The notes beneath the pieces are model-generated. The model ran no database searches, was not told the origin of the DNA, and worked only from the letters and a program-made list of their open reading frames with translations. This document shows, piece after piece, positions 13,629 to 26,889 of a DNA stretch of 64,000 bases (the first letter of the stretch is position 1; each line of letters starts with the position of its first letter). This DNA comes from Takakia lepidozioides. Its lineage: Eukaryota > Plantae > Bryophyta. The position numbers and the translations under genes are program-made. The stretch is taken from positions 52,266,001 to 52,330,000 of the forward strand of contig CM060733.1 in NCBI GenBank assembly GCA_030704615.1. The letters run 5' to 3'.

Positions 13629-14348
13629 TGTTGGAAGGACACTGGAGGTTGCACTTGGGCTTAAATGGGCCTTACCGTAGGAGATGCACTTGTATACATA
13701 GGAAATTGCACTTGGTCTTAGATTTTGATTTTTCACATATGGGCCAACGACACATGCTACCCTATATATATAAAGGAGAAAGGGGAACGGCCCGTGCCCA
13801 ACGGCTGGCCAGAAATTTGTTTTCTGAATTTTATTTGTAATTTCAGATACAATAAAATTCTCTTACAAACTTGGTAGCATAGATGGATGATTGTCATCCA
13901 ACCGGAGAGCTGCAGATTAGGGGAGGCATCGCAGAGATCTGAAGCATTTGTATTGCATCGATCCATGTCGCTCGGTTGGAAAGCCCTCGATGAGGAGGGG
14001 TGCACCGATTTGGTCTCATAATTTTTGGACTTGCAGTGTGGGAGATATGGAATTTCAAGTACTTTTGATCGCTGGAAATTCATGAAAAATAGCAAAGTGG
14101 GTTTTCCTTGAACAATGATTGGATATATTACCACTCAATATTAAATTCAAGGAAAACAATAAATTAAAATTTTGAATATATGAAGCAAGGTAGTTTATTT
14201 GTTTGTTTGTTTTGTTTTGTTTTCTTTGTCACGTGGGGATCTCCCACATTGCAGGGTCTTGACATAAGAGACGCACTTGGATACATAGGGGATTGCACTT
14301 GGACTTAGATGACACTGGATTGGGCCAAGGGCATGTCATGCTACTCTA
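13629..14348 (+). mobile_element. TRIM-like small LTR element
   Basis: TGTTGG...TTACA (13629-13867) followed by PBS-like TGGTAGCATAG (13872); diverged direct repeat of 13680-13760 at about 14267-14348. Confidence 0.45.
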
Positions 14349-16502
14349 GTGAAAATGAAAAAAGAAATAAAAATACTTGGTTCACTACTAGCGACGGTTG
14401 TTTCTCCTCTTTATATCCGATGATTCCTCGTTGAGGCGATATTACATGTTTTGACCTTCGACGCGCCCGCGCACGCGCGCACACACACATGCACACTGGG
14501 TCGAGATCTGCCAAGGGTAACCTCCACTCAACATTAATAAATATTGTTCCGTTATCCGTCAAATAGGCTGTATACTTACAACAAGTGTTTTGGAGAAATC
14601 GAATGAAAAGATGAAGTACAAGAAATTTGTTAGCCATTAATCTTATCTGCAATGAATTGGAGAAAATCCAATTCTGTTCTGAGGCAAATCGAACAGAATT
14701 TGCATATTTTATTGTTGCCAAGCGCCAAGAAAACTCAACGTACCTTTGCTAACTATGACAGCTGAAAGCTAAACATATTTCTCCATATAGATCATCTCCA
14801 TCATAGAACATTGATTGTCCTCATTGTGTGTTGAGGACAATCAACACACAATGAGCTGGAACTTATGTCCCGAACGAATAGGACGGTTAGAGGTGTCCTA
14901 AAATTGGCGGATATATATGCAATTGGCGGTTACATATAATATATTGAATGGGCGCTTGTAATTCTAAATGATTTTCTTTAAAAATAATCAATTCACACAT
15001 GACATCCATAGGGCCTCCAGGGTTCAGCAGCTTGGCCATGAGCTATGTCACATGGAAACCCTCTGTCACCACCTCAGATGGTGACAGCTTGCAAATGTAT
15101 CTCCTTCACCATTCCACTTTGGTACAAAACAAGGTAAAAGTAGAGCAGATTTATGGCATATGCTTGTATGACATCTGCATTCAAATCTGCACTTTTCCCA
15201 CATGCTCTAGATGCTGACGTAGTGTCACTCTTGGGAAGTCGGGAATAGACATGTGAGGATGCACAGACCAACACGTGTCGAAATAACGGTATGTGTGGAG
15301 GGCATCGTGAGGTTGGTCTTGAGGCCCACTCCACATTCATGATGTTGCATCAATAAATGCGGCCCTGAATGGCAAATATGCTTCTGCAGTGAGAGTTGTG
15401 TACCAAGTGGTGCTGTCAATTATCACACCTCCTTCACCTTCCTCATCGATGTCAAAGATGTGAGGAGGCATATTAGGCACTTCTTGATCATCCACCTCTT
15501 GTCAAAAGTACATACTATGTTTCTCTCACGAGAATTGTGGAATTCTTGTGAGATGAACATAGTATGTACTTTTAACATGAGCCACTATTTCAGGCATTTG
15601 CACAAAGACGGTGTCAAGAACTGCAATGTATTGTGGCCGAGAAGAACATTGTTAAGATTACATCTATATGTTATATAAAACAGAATTATGGCCACCAAAG
15701 AAGTACAAGTCAAAATCCTAATGTGGAATGTCTGTTTTTCATATTTTTGATGATAAAAATGTGACTCATGATATGTTTGTGAGATAAAGATCAAGAAAAA
15801 CTCTTGTCAAAGCAAGCGCAACTTCTGGTGTCCCTTTACCCGGGTGACTATTGCCTTCAGTTTGGAAAGTTGACATCTTCTAGCAGCCCAAACCAACAAT
15901 GCAGCTGCACTCCCCTCCCTAGCTAGGACTCAAATTAAATCCCTATGTATCCAGACGTCATGCTTTAATCTACCCATGTATCCAGGTACCCCTTTTGCAG
16001 CTAAATTGGCCATAATATGTGATATGATCCAACATACACCTAAGTAAATCTGACCCCATGACCACTTGTAAAGACGGACTGGTGCCCCTAATCTTTGGAC
16101 CATGATATGTTGGTAGATACTTGTTTCAAATAGAAACTTAAAGGAAATGAAAAACATATACACAAGATTCATGATCTCTAGAACAATTCGGCAACTTCAC
16201 AAGAGGAGAAATTGAACGTACATGAGGTTATGGATGGGGACAAAAGATAATCCGTTGCCATGACTCTGGGCTTTTGGCAAACAATAGGAGAATTGGTCAT
16301 TTTTTTTAGTTGTGATTGGAGATTTCTTAGCCTCCCTAACAACACAACAAAAAGAGAGAAGACTTAGCACATAGAGGTCGTAGGGCACTAGTCTTATGTC
16401 CCAAAAATATCCCTCCCTTATTCTGCATAGAAACAAAAACTACTAGATTTTGCTAGATGGGTGAGATTCCCTAAAGTACCTCCGTGTTAAATGTCACCTC
16501 CA

Positions 16503-16575
16503 ATGCTACCGCTGTTGCTATGCTACCGCCGTTGAATGCTAACCACCGTTGGTATGCTACCGTTGTGGCTATGTT
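16503..16575. repeat. Degenerate minisatellite (ATGCTACCGYYGTTG)
   Basis: About four imperfect tandem copies. Confidence 0.5.
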
Positions 16576-17543
16576 ACATTATATACCCTGATTAGATATA
16601 CCCTTCATTTTAACATATACCCTTCAGAAAAGTAGGATATATTGGACTTCTTGATGCAGGGTAAATATAAGGATAAGGGTATATCATAGGTGATGATGTT
16701 GCTTGGTTTATTTGAACAAAAACATTACCGATATTTGGAGACTTTGTTAAAATGTAATAGATGTTGCTGTTAAAAAAATATATATAGGTTGGTTAAATTG
16801 TCGTAATGCATCTAAGGATTTCAAACTTGGGTGCATGTTAAAAATTGTAATAGTAGCAATTTAGATTATATAGTTAGCGTCCACTTATTGGCTAGATCCC
16901 GACAAGCTAATTTACGCTTGACGACAAATGTAGATTGTGAAAAATGGCTAACGATGCATGCTACAGGAATAGTGATATGCCATACTTTTGGCAAGAGCTT
17001 ATGGTTTTGAAATACCATGTAATATCCAGCAAGGATTTGTGAATACTTATGTCCAACTTGTCACCGGGGCTGGGAGCACTTAGACCAGAAATAGGCGATC
17101 ATGTCAGCCCTTAAGGCTTACATTTTGTACGAGACCATGAACGGTCACAGGGACCATGAAACCTCATGAAGCAAATGGTCCATTGAACAACATTATGTGT
17201 AGGGTAAGGCCCCTGCACAAAGGAAAAAAATAACACGTGCCCTTTCTCTATAGCTTGATTTATGTAAGCACCCTAGGGCGGTTACATTGTGTAAGCACCC
17301 CCACCAGGTATAGGGTGCTTACACAATGTAAAGCAACTGCCAGGGCCCACGGGTATGGTGCCATTCACGTGAATAAGCGCCCTGAAACTACAAAGAGATT
17401 TTTCTACCGATGCTTTATGTGATATCGAGCAACTTGTTTGCTTACCTAGTTTTCATCCATTTCAAGCTGCATGGGAATATGGCTTTGTTGCCCTTCGATA
17501 GAGTGAAGGTTGACTTCATTTTGAAAATGAAATGTGAAGCCTA

Positions 17544-17631
17544 TGTCGTGCATATACATATCGCTACATAACTATATCACTGTCCAATCCGTGACACCAC
17601 ACATATATGCACAACAAAATAGTCTGTCACA
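17544..17631 (-). mobile_element. Isolated 88-bp LTR of the PHD-Gypsy family
   Basis: TGTCGTG...CTGTCACA, homologous to 20008-20092; no TSD seen. Confidence 0.6.
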
Positions 17632-17756
17632 ATTGAAATCATAAACATACTACGTACCATCACTCATAAATTAAGAGTCAAGCCAAGTACACCCCAAAGC
17701 TTTGGGGAATCTGCATTACAACGCCATAGCCGACGCGAGATGCTCAACTTGAGAAA

Positions 17757-19201
17757 GATGAGCCCTATCGCATTTGCCGTGAGGATAACTCCCCCAGCAA
17801 TATTGACTTTGGGCCCTGGATTGACACGGAGATTGTTAATTCGTGAGCTGCTCACGTGAGCGGAAAGATGCGTGAGCGAGAAGATGTCAATCCGTGAGCG
17901 GAAAGAGTGCATGGGCCTACAATCGCGGATGAGGAAGCCCTGGGAGACCTATTTCCGCGGGAATGAGTGTACATATCATGCGTACTTGGATGAATGTTGG
18001 ATGAATGTTGGATGAATGTTGGATGAATGATGGATGAATAATTCATGAATGGTTGAATGCGAGATGACTGATGGATAGACATATGCTTCGCAATGCATGA
18101 ACAATGGATGAGTGAATGGTTAAAGACTGGATGTATTATCGAGGGTCATTGCTCAGGAACTTCCCCGGAATGAGGATATGGTAGATGTACTTGAACCATA
18201 CATTCAGAAAACACAGATGCAGCAAGTGCTTGTTAATTCCCATTAAACCCCCTTGTAATCAATGTCGCGTTGATGCAAGATTGATCCCTAAAAGACTAGA
18301 AAACACGAAACACTAAGCAAGACGAAGATTTATTTTCCGAAAGAGGCGATTGAAATCCATAGCATAATCAAGGTTGCGTTAACGCAACCTTGATTGTGTC
18401 CCATACAAAATGCAAAAAACAGTGCAAAAAAGATGCTTTCATTTCTCAAATCAAGGTTGCGTCAACACAAGGTTGATTTGCATCCTGCGACTTCAACTTT
18501 GTTTTTTGGAAAAAATATGCTTTCATTTCTCAAATCAAGGTTGCGTCAACGCAAGGTTGATTTGCATTCTGCGATTTAAATTTTTTTTTTTTCCTTTTAT
18601 CTTTTTTTTTTGGAAAAAAGATGCTTTCATTTCTCAAATCAACCTTGCGTCAACGCAAGGTTGATTTGCCCATACAAAATGCAAAAAATAGTGCAAAAAG
18701 GATGCTTTCATAATCAAGGTTGCGTCAACGCAATGTTGATTTCAATCCTGCGACTTCAATTTTTATTTTTATTTTTATTTTTATGTTTTTTGGAAAAAAG
18801 ATGCTTTCATTCCTCTAATCAACCTTGCGTCAACACAAGGTTGATTTGCATCCTGCGATTTTATTTTATTTTATTTTTCGGAAAAATGATGTTTTCATTT
18901 CTCAAATCAACCTTGCGTTGGTTGACGCAAGGTTGATTTGAATGATAAAAAAAAATCAAATAAATAAAATAAAAAAATGAAAATGAAATTACAGGATGCA
19001 AATCAACCTTGCGTTGACGCAACCTTGATTTGAGAAATGAAAGCATCTTTTTTCATTAAAATAAATAAAATAAATAAAAACCGTAATCGTCCATGTCCAC
19101 CCGGAAATCAACCTCGTGTTGACACAAGGTTGATTTCAAGTTCTCCGAAATTAAACTCGTATTGCTGTCGTCCATGGTTCATTCATCAATCTTTTGTCAT
19201 C
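17757..19201. mobile_element. Truncated Mutator-like element with internal palindrome array
   Basis: Left end GATGAGCCCTA, GTGAGC repeats, CCTACAATCGCGG motif and GGATGAA repeats as in 10132-12789; right end lost at the foldback element. Confidence 0.6.
18255..19140. repeat. Array of about ten ~32-bp imperfect palindromes AAATCAA(GG/CC)TTGCGTCAACGCAAGGTTGATTT
   Basis: Copies near 18260, 18367, 18449, 18531, 18636, 18712, 18817, 18904, 19000 and 19105, separated by A/T-rich spacers. Confidence 0.9.
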
Positions 19202-19726
19202 TGTCAAGTTAAATAAGCACAGTGTGAAAACAACTAGAATAAAGCTAGTTATTTGTACTTAACACTTGGATTTAGGTCAAAGTGTTAAGTCAGGTGTCAA
19301 GTTTAGTTTGACACCTGAACCGTCTTATCTTCACGAGAGCGGCAGTCGCGCAGCTCATCTCTCTCGAGTGATAAATAAAGCTAAAAAGGACACACACTCT
19401 CAACACAAGAAATATGAAATCCATCGCTATCACTCTTTAAAATAGAAGTCGAGCCAGGGGCACCCCACGCTATGGGGACTCCACCCCATAACAACCTACA
19501 CTCCCATCATAAGCACACTCAGATCTAAACGCATGAAGGAGCTCGGTCGCGCAGGCTCAATTCGAGAGAGATGAGCTGCGCGACTGCCGCTCTCGTGAAG
19601 ATAAGACGGTTCAGGTGTCAAACTAAACTTGACACCTGACTTAATACTTGACCTAAATCCAAGTGTTAAGTACAAATAACTAGCTTTATTCTAGTCGTTT
19701 TCACACTGTGCTTATTTAGCTTGACA
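19202..19726. mobile_element. Foldback element with ~165-bp inverted arms, derived from an LTR
   Basis: 19202-19367 is the near-perfect reverse complement of 19562-19726; 194-bp loop; TG...CA termini. Confidence 0.9.
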
Positions 19727-19746
19727 AGTTTGCCAAAGTGTCAATC

Positions 19747-20007
19747 GAGGGAAGCTAGCGTGTGAGCGCGCTCACGCTTAGTGCACTAAACGTGAGCAGA
19801 CTTCGTTAAGCGTGAGCACATAAGGGAAGCGGAGCCTATAGCCGTGGGAAAAGCAGGAACTATTGTTGTGGGGGCAATGTTGAGTGGAAGATGCCTGGGA
19901 CCTAAGACGTCGAGTTCCATGCATGAAAATTTGAGATGAATGTGTGGCGAAATTCTTAAGGATTAATGGCTACGTGGAATAGATGAATGTATGATGAATG
20001 TAGGATG
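19747..20007. mobile_element. Left end of another Mutator-like copy, cut by the Gypsy insertion
   Basis: GAGGGAAGCTA terminus; TAAGCGTGAGCA and GAAGCGGAGCCTATA shared with 10170-10230. Confidence 0.65.
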
Positions 20008-20851
20008 TGTCGTGCGCATACGTATCGCTACACAACTACATCGCTGTCCAAACCACACCACACATATATGCACAATAAAGTAGTCTGCCACAATCGCCCC
20101 CCTAGTTGGTGGATAGGTCCCTCTAACTCCAGATAGCTACAAAATGTAATAGCCACAGCCGTACTAAGTCCTCTATCACTGTCCTTATTGTACTCAAACT
20201 CTATTGACCAAGAGGCCGGGTACAAGAGTAGCCCCATCGTTAGTCGCCGTCTTGCAATCTGTGAACTTGAGCCAGGACCTCGTGTATTCAAGGTCTCCTG
20301 TAGCTGGACCTTGCGTTGCTTGTTAGCCTTCCATGGTTGTATCCACTCCCACTATCCAATGCATTGTGGACATAACCAATCCCCATCCGGAACTATCTCA
20401 AGAGGTGGAGTCAAGCATCCCATATGCCAACCTCTAGAGCATCGATCACACACCAGCATGGTGGCTGCCCCTTTAGCAGACCCACACAACATGCACCTCA
20501 AACTTGCAGATACCACTGCCAGGTTTGGGTCAATCCTGCCATCGACATTTGGAAGGTGACATGGCGCACAATTACGCACATGGTCCTTCCAAGTTATGCC
20601 ATCCCGACCCTCCAAGACCAAGACGCCTAAGGGCAAGACCTCTTGAACCCTCAAAATAACACGTCCTGCAGTCACATCCAAGGTCGTAGGAGGAGTCTGC
20701 TGCAGATAGACATAGTCACCAGGGTTGAATCTCCGAACCCCAGGACGATAGCCCCCACCACGTATGGTAGCATACCTCAACATATCACGGTGTTGTGCAA
20801 TGGCAAGGTTCTCGAAAGCCATGGGCATGACTTTCTTGAACAACTCTGCAT
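20008..20851 (-). mobile_element. 3' end of a Ty3/Gypsy retrotransposon: integrase C-terminus with PHD finger, PPT and 85-bp LTR
   Basis: ORF 20352-20870 reads ENLAIAQHRDMLRYA...FNPGDYVYLQ...HVRNCAPC then CMLC...CDRCSRGWHMGC...WLCPQC (C4HC3 PHD). Purine tract at 20093-20104 abuts TGTGGCAG; LTR 20008-20092. Confidence 0.85.
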
Positions 20852-23800
20852 GAAGAGAAGTGTACTCCATACTCTGCGCTGCTCAGCCATAGCCAAGCTG
20901 ATAATCCAGGTCGGCTTCCGCATTGCGTCAGCACTGCGTTTTCTTGCAACAGAACGTCTTCCACATCTCCGTCTCTAACATGGACATGCGGCTAATCTCG
21001 TCTCTGTTTTGCCCGCAAATCTCCGGTTCCTCAAGCACTCACGGGGACTGCGTTTCAAAGGCAACAACTTCTGGTTGAGGTTTGTTGCTTTAACCAGTCA
21101 AGAAGCAGTTTTAAAGGGAAGAAACATCTGCATCATCTGCAATGCACCAGAGAAAGGTCTGTGGAGATGGATGCAGCTCCACCTCCCCAGCTGGATATTG
21201 TTATGCCCCACGAGGAAGACAAGGCAGAAGAGGAGATAAGTAGGGCCACACTGCTATGGAGAGCGGTGAAGCTTCCTATCTACTCCGTTGCACTCGTCCC
21301 ACTTTCGGTTAGTGAAACGATTATCTTTTGGGTTGTGAGGTAGTTTTGTATCTATCCGTTTTAAATTTGGACAGTTATGCTGGGTATGTTTTGATGTTGG
21401 CCTCATTCTCGTCTCTGTCTGCCTCATTCATGACTTTGAAAGTGACTTGGACGAGGCTCGATTATCCCCTGGGAATCTGGTTATGAAGACAAGCTTGTTA
21501 GTTTAAGTAATATAGTACCAGGAAGAATGACTTTCACTGCACAATGGCCAAAAGAACTGTTGTTCTTATAAAAGGTGACTTCCAATGCTTTGAGAAATTT
21601 TCTGGGATAGTCCTTGCTTCCACCAGATTTCTACAAACTATGGTTGATGCCTACTTTGTTTGGAAGGTTGGAGCTGCAGCAGTAAATTTGCAGACAGGAG
21701 TGTTTAATTGGGGTCAATATTGGCTCCAGCTCTGCTCCTCCGTACTGGTCATCACTTGGCTAAACCTCAGGTCTGTTCCTGGGTTGCTCAATTCCATGAT
21801 TTGGGAATCTATTGTACCACATTTTGGACTTTTCTTGGGGAGAACTCTAGGAGCGACTGATTCTCTCTATCTCTCTCTCTCCCTCTTCTAAACTTTGGCA
21901 TGAACCCCACAAAAGGCTCCGGGACGGTTAGTTTCCCGTTGGGGTCAATGGCCGTAAGGCTGTGGCAAGCCAACATTTGCAGGGAATGACATGTGTACAT
22001 TCTGTCCCTTTTCTTTTAGGCCTACCTTGGAGTAAGCATCTGCATGTGGGATGGGAACTCTAACCATGTTAAAACTTCAGAATCCTTTCAGCTTTCAGTG
22101 CTCAAAGAGAGCATGTCAGCGTGTTCTAGAACAGGCCACTTGGCTGTTCGGGGGGAGTTTGGTGATCTGTGGCCATGCACCTATGGAAAACAATGGTGAC
22201 ATCAATTCTCTCAATTTTGACACAATGTGACTAGCAGTGTCACATTGTAGCCAAATTGGGGAATAATGGGGGATACAGCAGTTCATCCCATCAACTGAAA
22301 ATACCTGAGGACGGACAAGTGGATAGAGGCAAAACTATACTTAAGAATGTCCTCATAAGACAGTGTTTTCCGTAGCCTTGTGGCCATAGACGCCGCTCCC
22401 AGTTTGGGTGGAACAAAAGGGAACAGATACCACCGTTGTGAGGGGCTCACTCCAGTAACGTGACTAACCATGACAAACATAATTAGTTCGGATTTTCCAG
22501 ATATCCTCTAGAAAGCCCTTCACACCAACTTGCTGTGTGTGAGCTGCTCAGCGATTAGACCCCAACAGGGCCAGGGCTTTAGGCTTTTCCAAGTTGGTGA
22601 ACAGAGGTGCAGGGACAATGTTCTTGACATTCCTGAAGAGGGTCACTCTCAGGTGAGAATGTCCCGGACAATGTATCAGAAAATGGATACTGCGTTCAGG
22701 CTAGCCGCACATCAGGAAATTACAATCTGGTATCAGGCATGCAATTCAAAGGGCCCCACCATCTGACCTTGAACTCATCACATCAAGAGCTCAAGGGCGG
22801 TCATGAGCACATGATCTGTGGGATGGAGTATAAAATGGGAGATGGAGAGAGATGTCCACCTATCCACCATCCTGAGCGAGAGATCAAGTTGTTTGCTCTC
22901 CTGGAAGTTGCCCAGACTGACAGGATGAATGAACCTGCAGATTTGCCAAAAGGTGGACTCCTCTGGAGGGAGGGCTTTATTTGAATTTAACTGTTAAAGA
23001 CTCAATCCAGTTGGAGTTCTCTGGGCTCTCTTTGTGGGCCTCCCCTATGGGGCTTATCACATCTATGTACACTTGACCTGGACGTATGTGATAAACTTGA
23101 CCACTTACTACAACTCATCAAAGTCAATTCATGATCTCTTCGAAGAGGTTTCAGATCTCAGCTGAATTCATATCCATGTATAAACATTTTGATTTTGATT
23201 GATATTTGCAATGTCTTCTTCGTGATACACTTCTTAATTGATGTGCAGTAACGATGCCTACGATGCAGAGACAGGGGTGGACAAGGACAAGAAGGAGTCT
23301 GTTGTAAATATGACTGGAAGGTAAGCAGACTTGTTTTCGGTTGACACCCAACTCTACATTCTTCACTGTTCATTCCGCAATTGCTCAAGCCATCCAGCTC
23401 AATTTTCACTCTCCTCCTCTGCAAAGGTATATATGAATGAGCTTCCACACTGCTGATCCAAGTATGTTACCTGTGTACCATAGAAGAGAAACTTTGTTCC
23501 TCAAGTGAAGGAAGGTGATGTTTGAATCAAACTTGCTGAATTCAATGCTGCTGTCAGTGGTGAAAGAGACAAGAATGGAGCTGTAGACTGATAGCCAATG
23601 ATGTAAATTGTGTTTGCCTGCTTTGCAGTCCCAAGGTGGTATTGGCAGCAGCATATGCATGCCTTGTGCTTGGCGTTACAGGGCTTATACGGGCAGCTCA
23701 GCATGCTGGTGATATGCGTGTAGCTTCTCTTCTGGCTGTTGCCATAATATGTGGCTATATCTACCAGGTCTGGATCATTTCCAACCTGCTCTGTCTCTCT

Positions 23801-26800
23801 CTCTCTCTCACCAAAAGCTTCCCGCTCAAACTGGGCGCGGGGTCAATGGCCACAAGGCTACGGCAAACAACGTCTTATGAGTACAATCTCTCACCAAAAG
23901 CCCAGGCCCTTGTGGGACCTAGTTATTGGGCAAACCACACACAGCAGGTTGATGCTTGTGTAAAGGGATTTGTCGAGGATTTCTGGAAAACCCGGATCAA
24001 TTGTTTATTTCAAGGTAAGTCTTACTACTGGCGTCAGCCCCTGACAAAGGTAGGTTCTGTCCCTTTGTGTTCAGCTCAAACTGGGCACGGGGTCAATGGC
24101 CACAAGGCTACGGCAAACAACGTCTTATGAGTACAATCTCTCTTACCTCTTGTTCTGCCTAAACTTTCTTGTTGTCTGTGGCGTCAAGGCTACTTCAAAC
24201 AAAGTACATTCTCTCTCTCTTGCCACAAGCATCCTATATGTGCTGGGGCTTGGTACATTGATATACCCTATCTGACCCCCACTGGGAGGGTGTGGATCTT
24301 GTTTGGAGTCTGCCTCTAAGTTACAATAGTTGGCATCTAGCAGTGTTTACATCTCTCCAAAGTTCTGCAAGATGCTAAGCACATGAAAGTTTTGTCAGGA
24401 GCTTCACTTTTGATCCTCCCTCAAATTTTCTACTAATCCAAAGTTTGTTTGCATGTCCATTAGTAATCCAAAGTTCGTTTGCATGTCCATATCTGTGGGA
24501 TGGCAGTGTCCTCCATTCCGGCTTAGTTATAAAGGACTGGGAGAGCCACTTTGCTTTCTGGCCTTTGGGCCTTTGGCCACCACAGCCTTCTATCTCAGCC
24601 AGGCCAGGTTCGTCCTGATGGATACAATTCCAATTTTTGCTGACCTTTTTCATAGGATGCCTGGATCCAATCTTGGACATCATTCCCAGGGAAATTGTGG
24701 ACGAAATGGTGCAGTCCCTTACAACCTTCTGCCGTTTGATATCAGATCCATCTTGTGCCTCGTACCTCAAGGCTTGACTTTTGTACCAGGCCTTGCATAA
24801 ATGACTTGGTAGTTTTCATGTATCAGAAAAGAAGGTCGGAATACTTCATACAGATAGGTTGAGATTTTGTATGTTCTACCATGGGAGGTGGACTGGACTT
24901 TGCAAAGCTTGCAGAACTACAACCCATGGGCTTACTCCACAAATGATACACACATGTGTTGCGCAGTTGAAGAAGATTCAATTAACCGAATTCGATAAGT
25001 AAGTGTTTCAGCTCATTGATGTTCCTCAAACCCTGGGTTTTGGGTTGAGACAGTGGAATGGGAAGGTTGCCAGTGACACTGACAGTGTTGGGAGTTAGCG
25101 TGCTGGTGGGGATCACCACCTCCCTTATCCTCTTCTGCAGCCACTTCCATCAGGTTGATCTTTTGCATGGATGTTCAATGATAGCTTCCTATATAATAAG
25201 CTCTGTTAGGTGGATGTACTACCTTTTGCAACATACTATGACCCCTGTGTGCCTTGTGCTTGGAAGCTAACATTGGATGTCTGGATCAAGCAGATTGAGG
25301 GGGACTTATCCGTCAGCAAAATGTCTCCTCTGGTATTCTCATACCCTCCACCTCTTCTGTGTTCTGGATCCTTGACTAACGTCAATACTTCAATTTCAAT
25401 TCAGAAGTTCACAACACACCCAGAAATCCTCTGAAGGAAAGTTAGACCTTCAGCTTAGTCATTCAAGGTTTTCAGTAGCAAAAATAAAAATCAGCCATAC
25501 TTACATTAAACTGAGCATTACTGGAAGGTTATTAGTATGACGTTGAAAGAATGCAGGTGAGATTGGGCACAGAGAAGGGGGCAAAGGTAGTCCAGGGAGC
25601 TGTGGTGGCACTGTACTCCACAATAGTTATGCTCACAGCAGTACAGGCGTTGCCCCTGTCTTGTAGTGTATGTACCTGCCTATCCTTTCTTGACAGGGAT
25701 TCATGTTGTGCCATGACTTAAGGCATCGTTTCTGGCATTAGGAACTTTACTGGTATGGCTATTGGTACCATTGCTTCTGAACACCCTGCAGGTAGTAAAT
25801 TCAGTGTTGGTCAAGGACAGCACAGCACATTCATGTCATTTTAGATGGTATATCTGATGATGGTAGGATACCTACAGTAGCATCTACCTTTATTTTGTGG
25901 CTGTGGTGTCAGGAGAGAGAATAGAGTGAGAAGAAACAAAGAGAGAGACTACGAAATAGCACCCTTGTGCGGTGCTACCCTCGATTCTTTGGATGCAGAT
26001 CACTAGAACTGTCTTGGTCCAACTTGGTGCATGTGAGGATTACTGAGAAGGACACAGGGTGGGTTTCCCATTCTGTCGAATATGGGAGAAGAATGTGGAT
26101 GTATCAAAATAGAGTTACACAGAAAGGTTCTGATTCTATCGTAAAGGAGAAGGTAAATGGTTCGAGCTTGTGAGGTCTCTCACTAGGATGTTTCTGGGTT
26201 TTGCTGCAGTTCTTCTCGTTGCTGACATTGCCAATTGGGAATTTAGTTTCACAATTTATCGGCAAAAATCATGCTGTAAGCCCTCTTTCCCTCTATGTTT
26301 CTCCCCTCTGCTTTGCAGGCCTTAAGGATATTCTAGAAAAGGCTGGGTGATAGACAGCATGGTACAGTGTTTTGGTATTCAGCAGCAACGGCCAAGTTGA
26401 CAGGAATGATGAGCAATCCTGGGAGGAAGCGATCCTGGTGCTCCTTGCCTACACACCCCTAGGAATTGAATCCTCCAGGGAATAGCAGTGTGAGGTTCAC
26501 ATTTAAAAAGTGGCTGAAACCGGCATGGGGAAGATGTTAGTGCTTGTAATTCTGCTGCAGGGAGATTGGCTTGGGGATTGAAAAGCGTTATGTTGCTTCT
26601 TGTCATTACATGTAACTCTGTGACATAACAGTGGAGGAATTTCCCCACTTCTGTGGAGTGGGGAAATTGGCCTATGGAACAGAGGAAAGAGGCCCACAAT
26701 ATTGTTTGGATGTTAATATGGTCTTGTGGGGTCCCATGTACGTGGAGCTGTTGCTGCTGATCTGATCAGAATAAAAGCATTATTTTTATGGCCAAGTACT

Positions 26801-26889
26801 ACTGTGTGAGGCTTCACATAGCTCTTGGAGCAGCTCTGGTTCTTGGTTTTACAACTGCAACAGTAAACCCAGTCCCTACATTCTGGTAA
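20850..26889 (+). CDS. menA/ABC4: 1,4-dihydroxy-2-naphthoate phytyltransferase (phylloquinone biosynthesis); 5' end uncertain
   Basis: GT-AG exons in consistent phase: ?-21307, 21667-21770, 23249-23320, 23629-23767, 24507-24607, 25054-25153, 25294-25332, 25557-25667, 26210-26275, 26770-26889. Motifs LLWRAVKLPIYSVALVP, WLNLSNDAYDAETGVD, YQCPPFRLSYKGLGEP, ILFCSHFHQ, IFMAKYYCVRLH. Confidence 0.9.
21865..24145. repeat. Short intronic repeat family, four copies; possible SINE/LINE 3' ends
   Basis: GGGTCAATGGCCACAAGGCTACGGCAAACAACGTCTTATGAGTA near 23840 and 24090, diverged at 21942, inverted at 22345-22408; two copies are preceded by (CT)n. Confidence 0.6.

Noticed and set aside
14760-16200. Possible Ulp1-like or transposon coding remnant
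   Set aside because: Only vague similarity; too degenerate to support.
18255-19140. CRISPR-like look (palindromic ~32-bp repeats with spacers)
   Set aside because: Eukaryotic context, spacers are low-complexity and related to each other, orientation flips, no cas genes.
22520-22990. LINE endonuclease remnant in a menA intron (VDRW...TDH)
   Set aside because: Single weak motif amid many stops.
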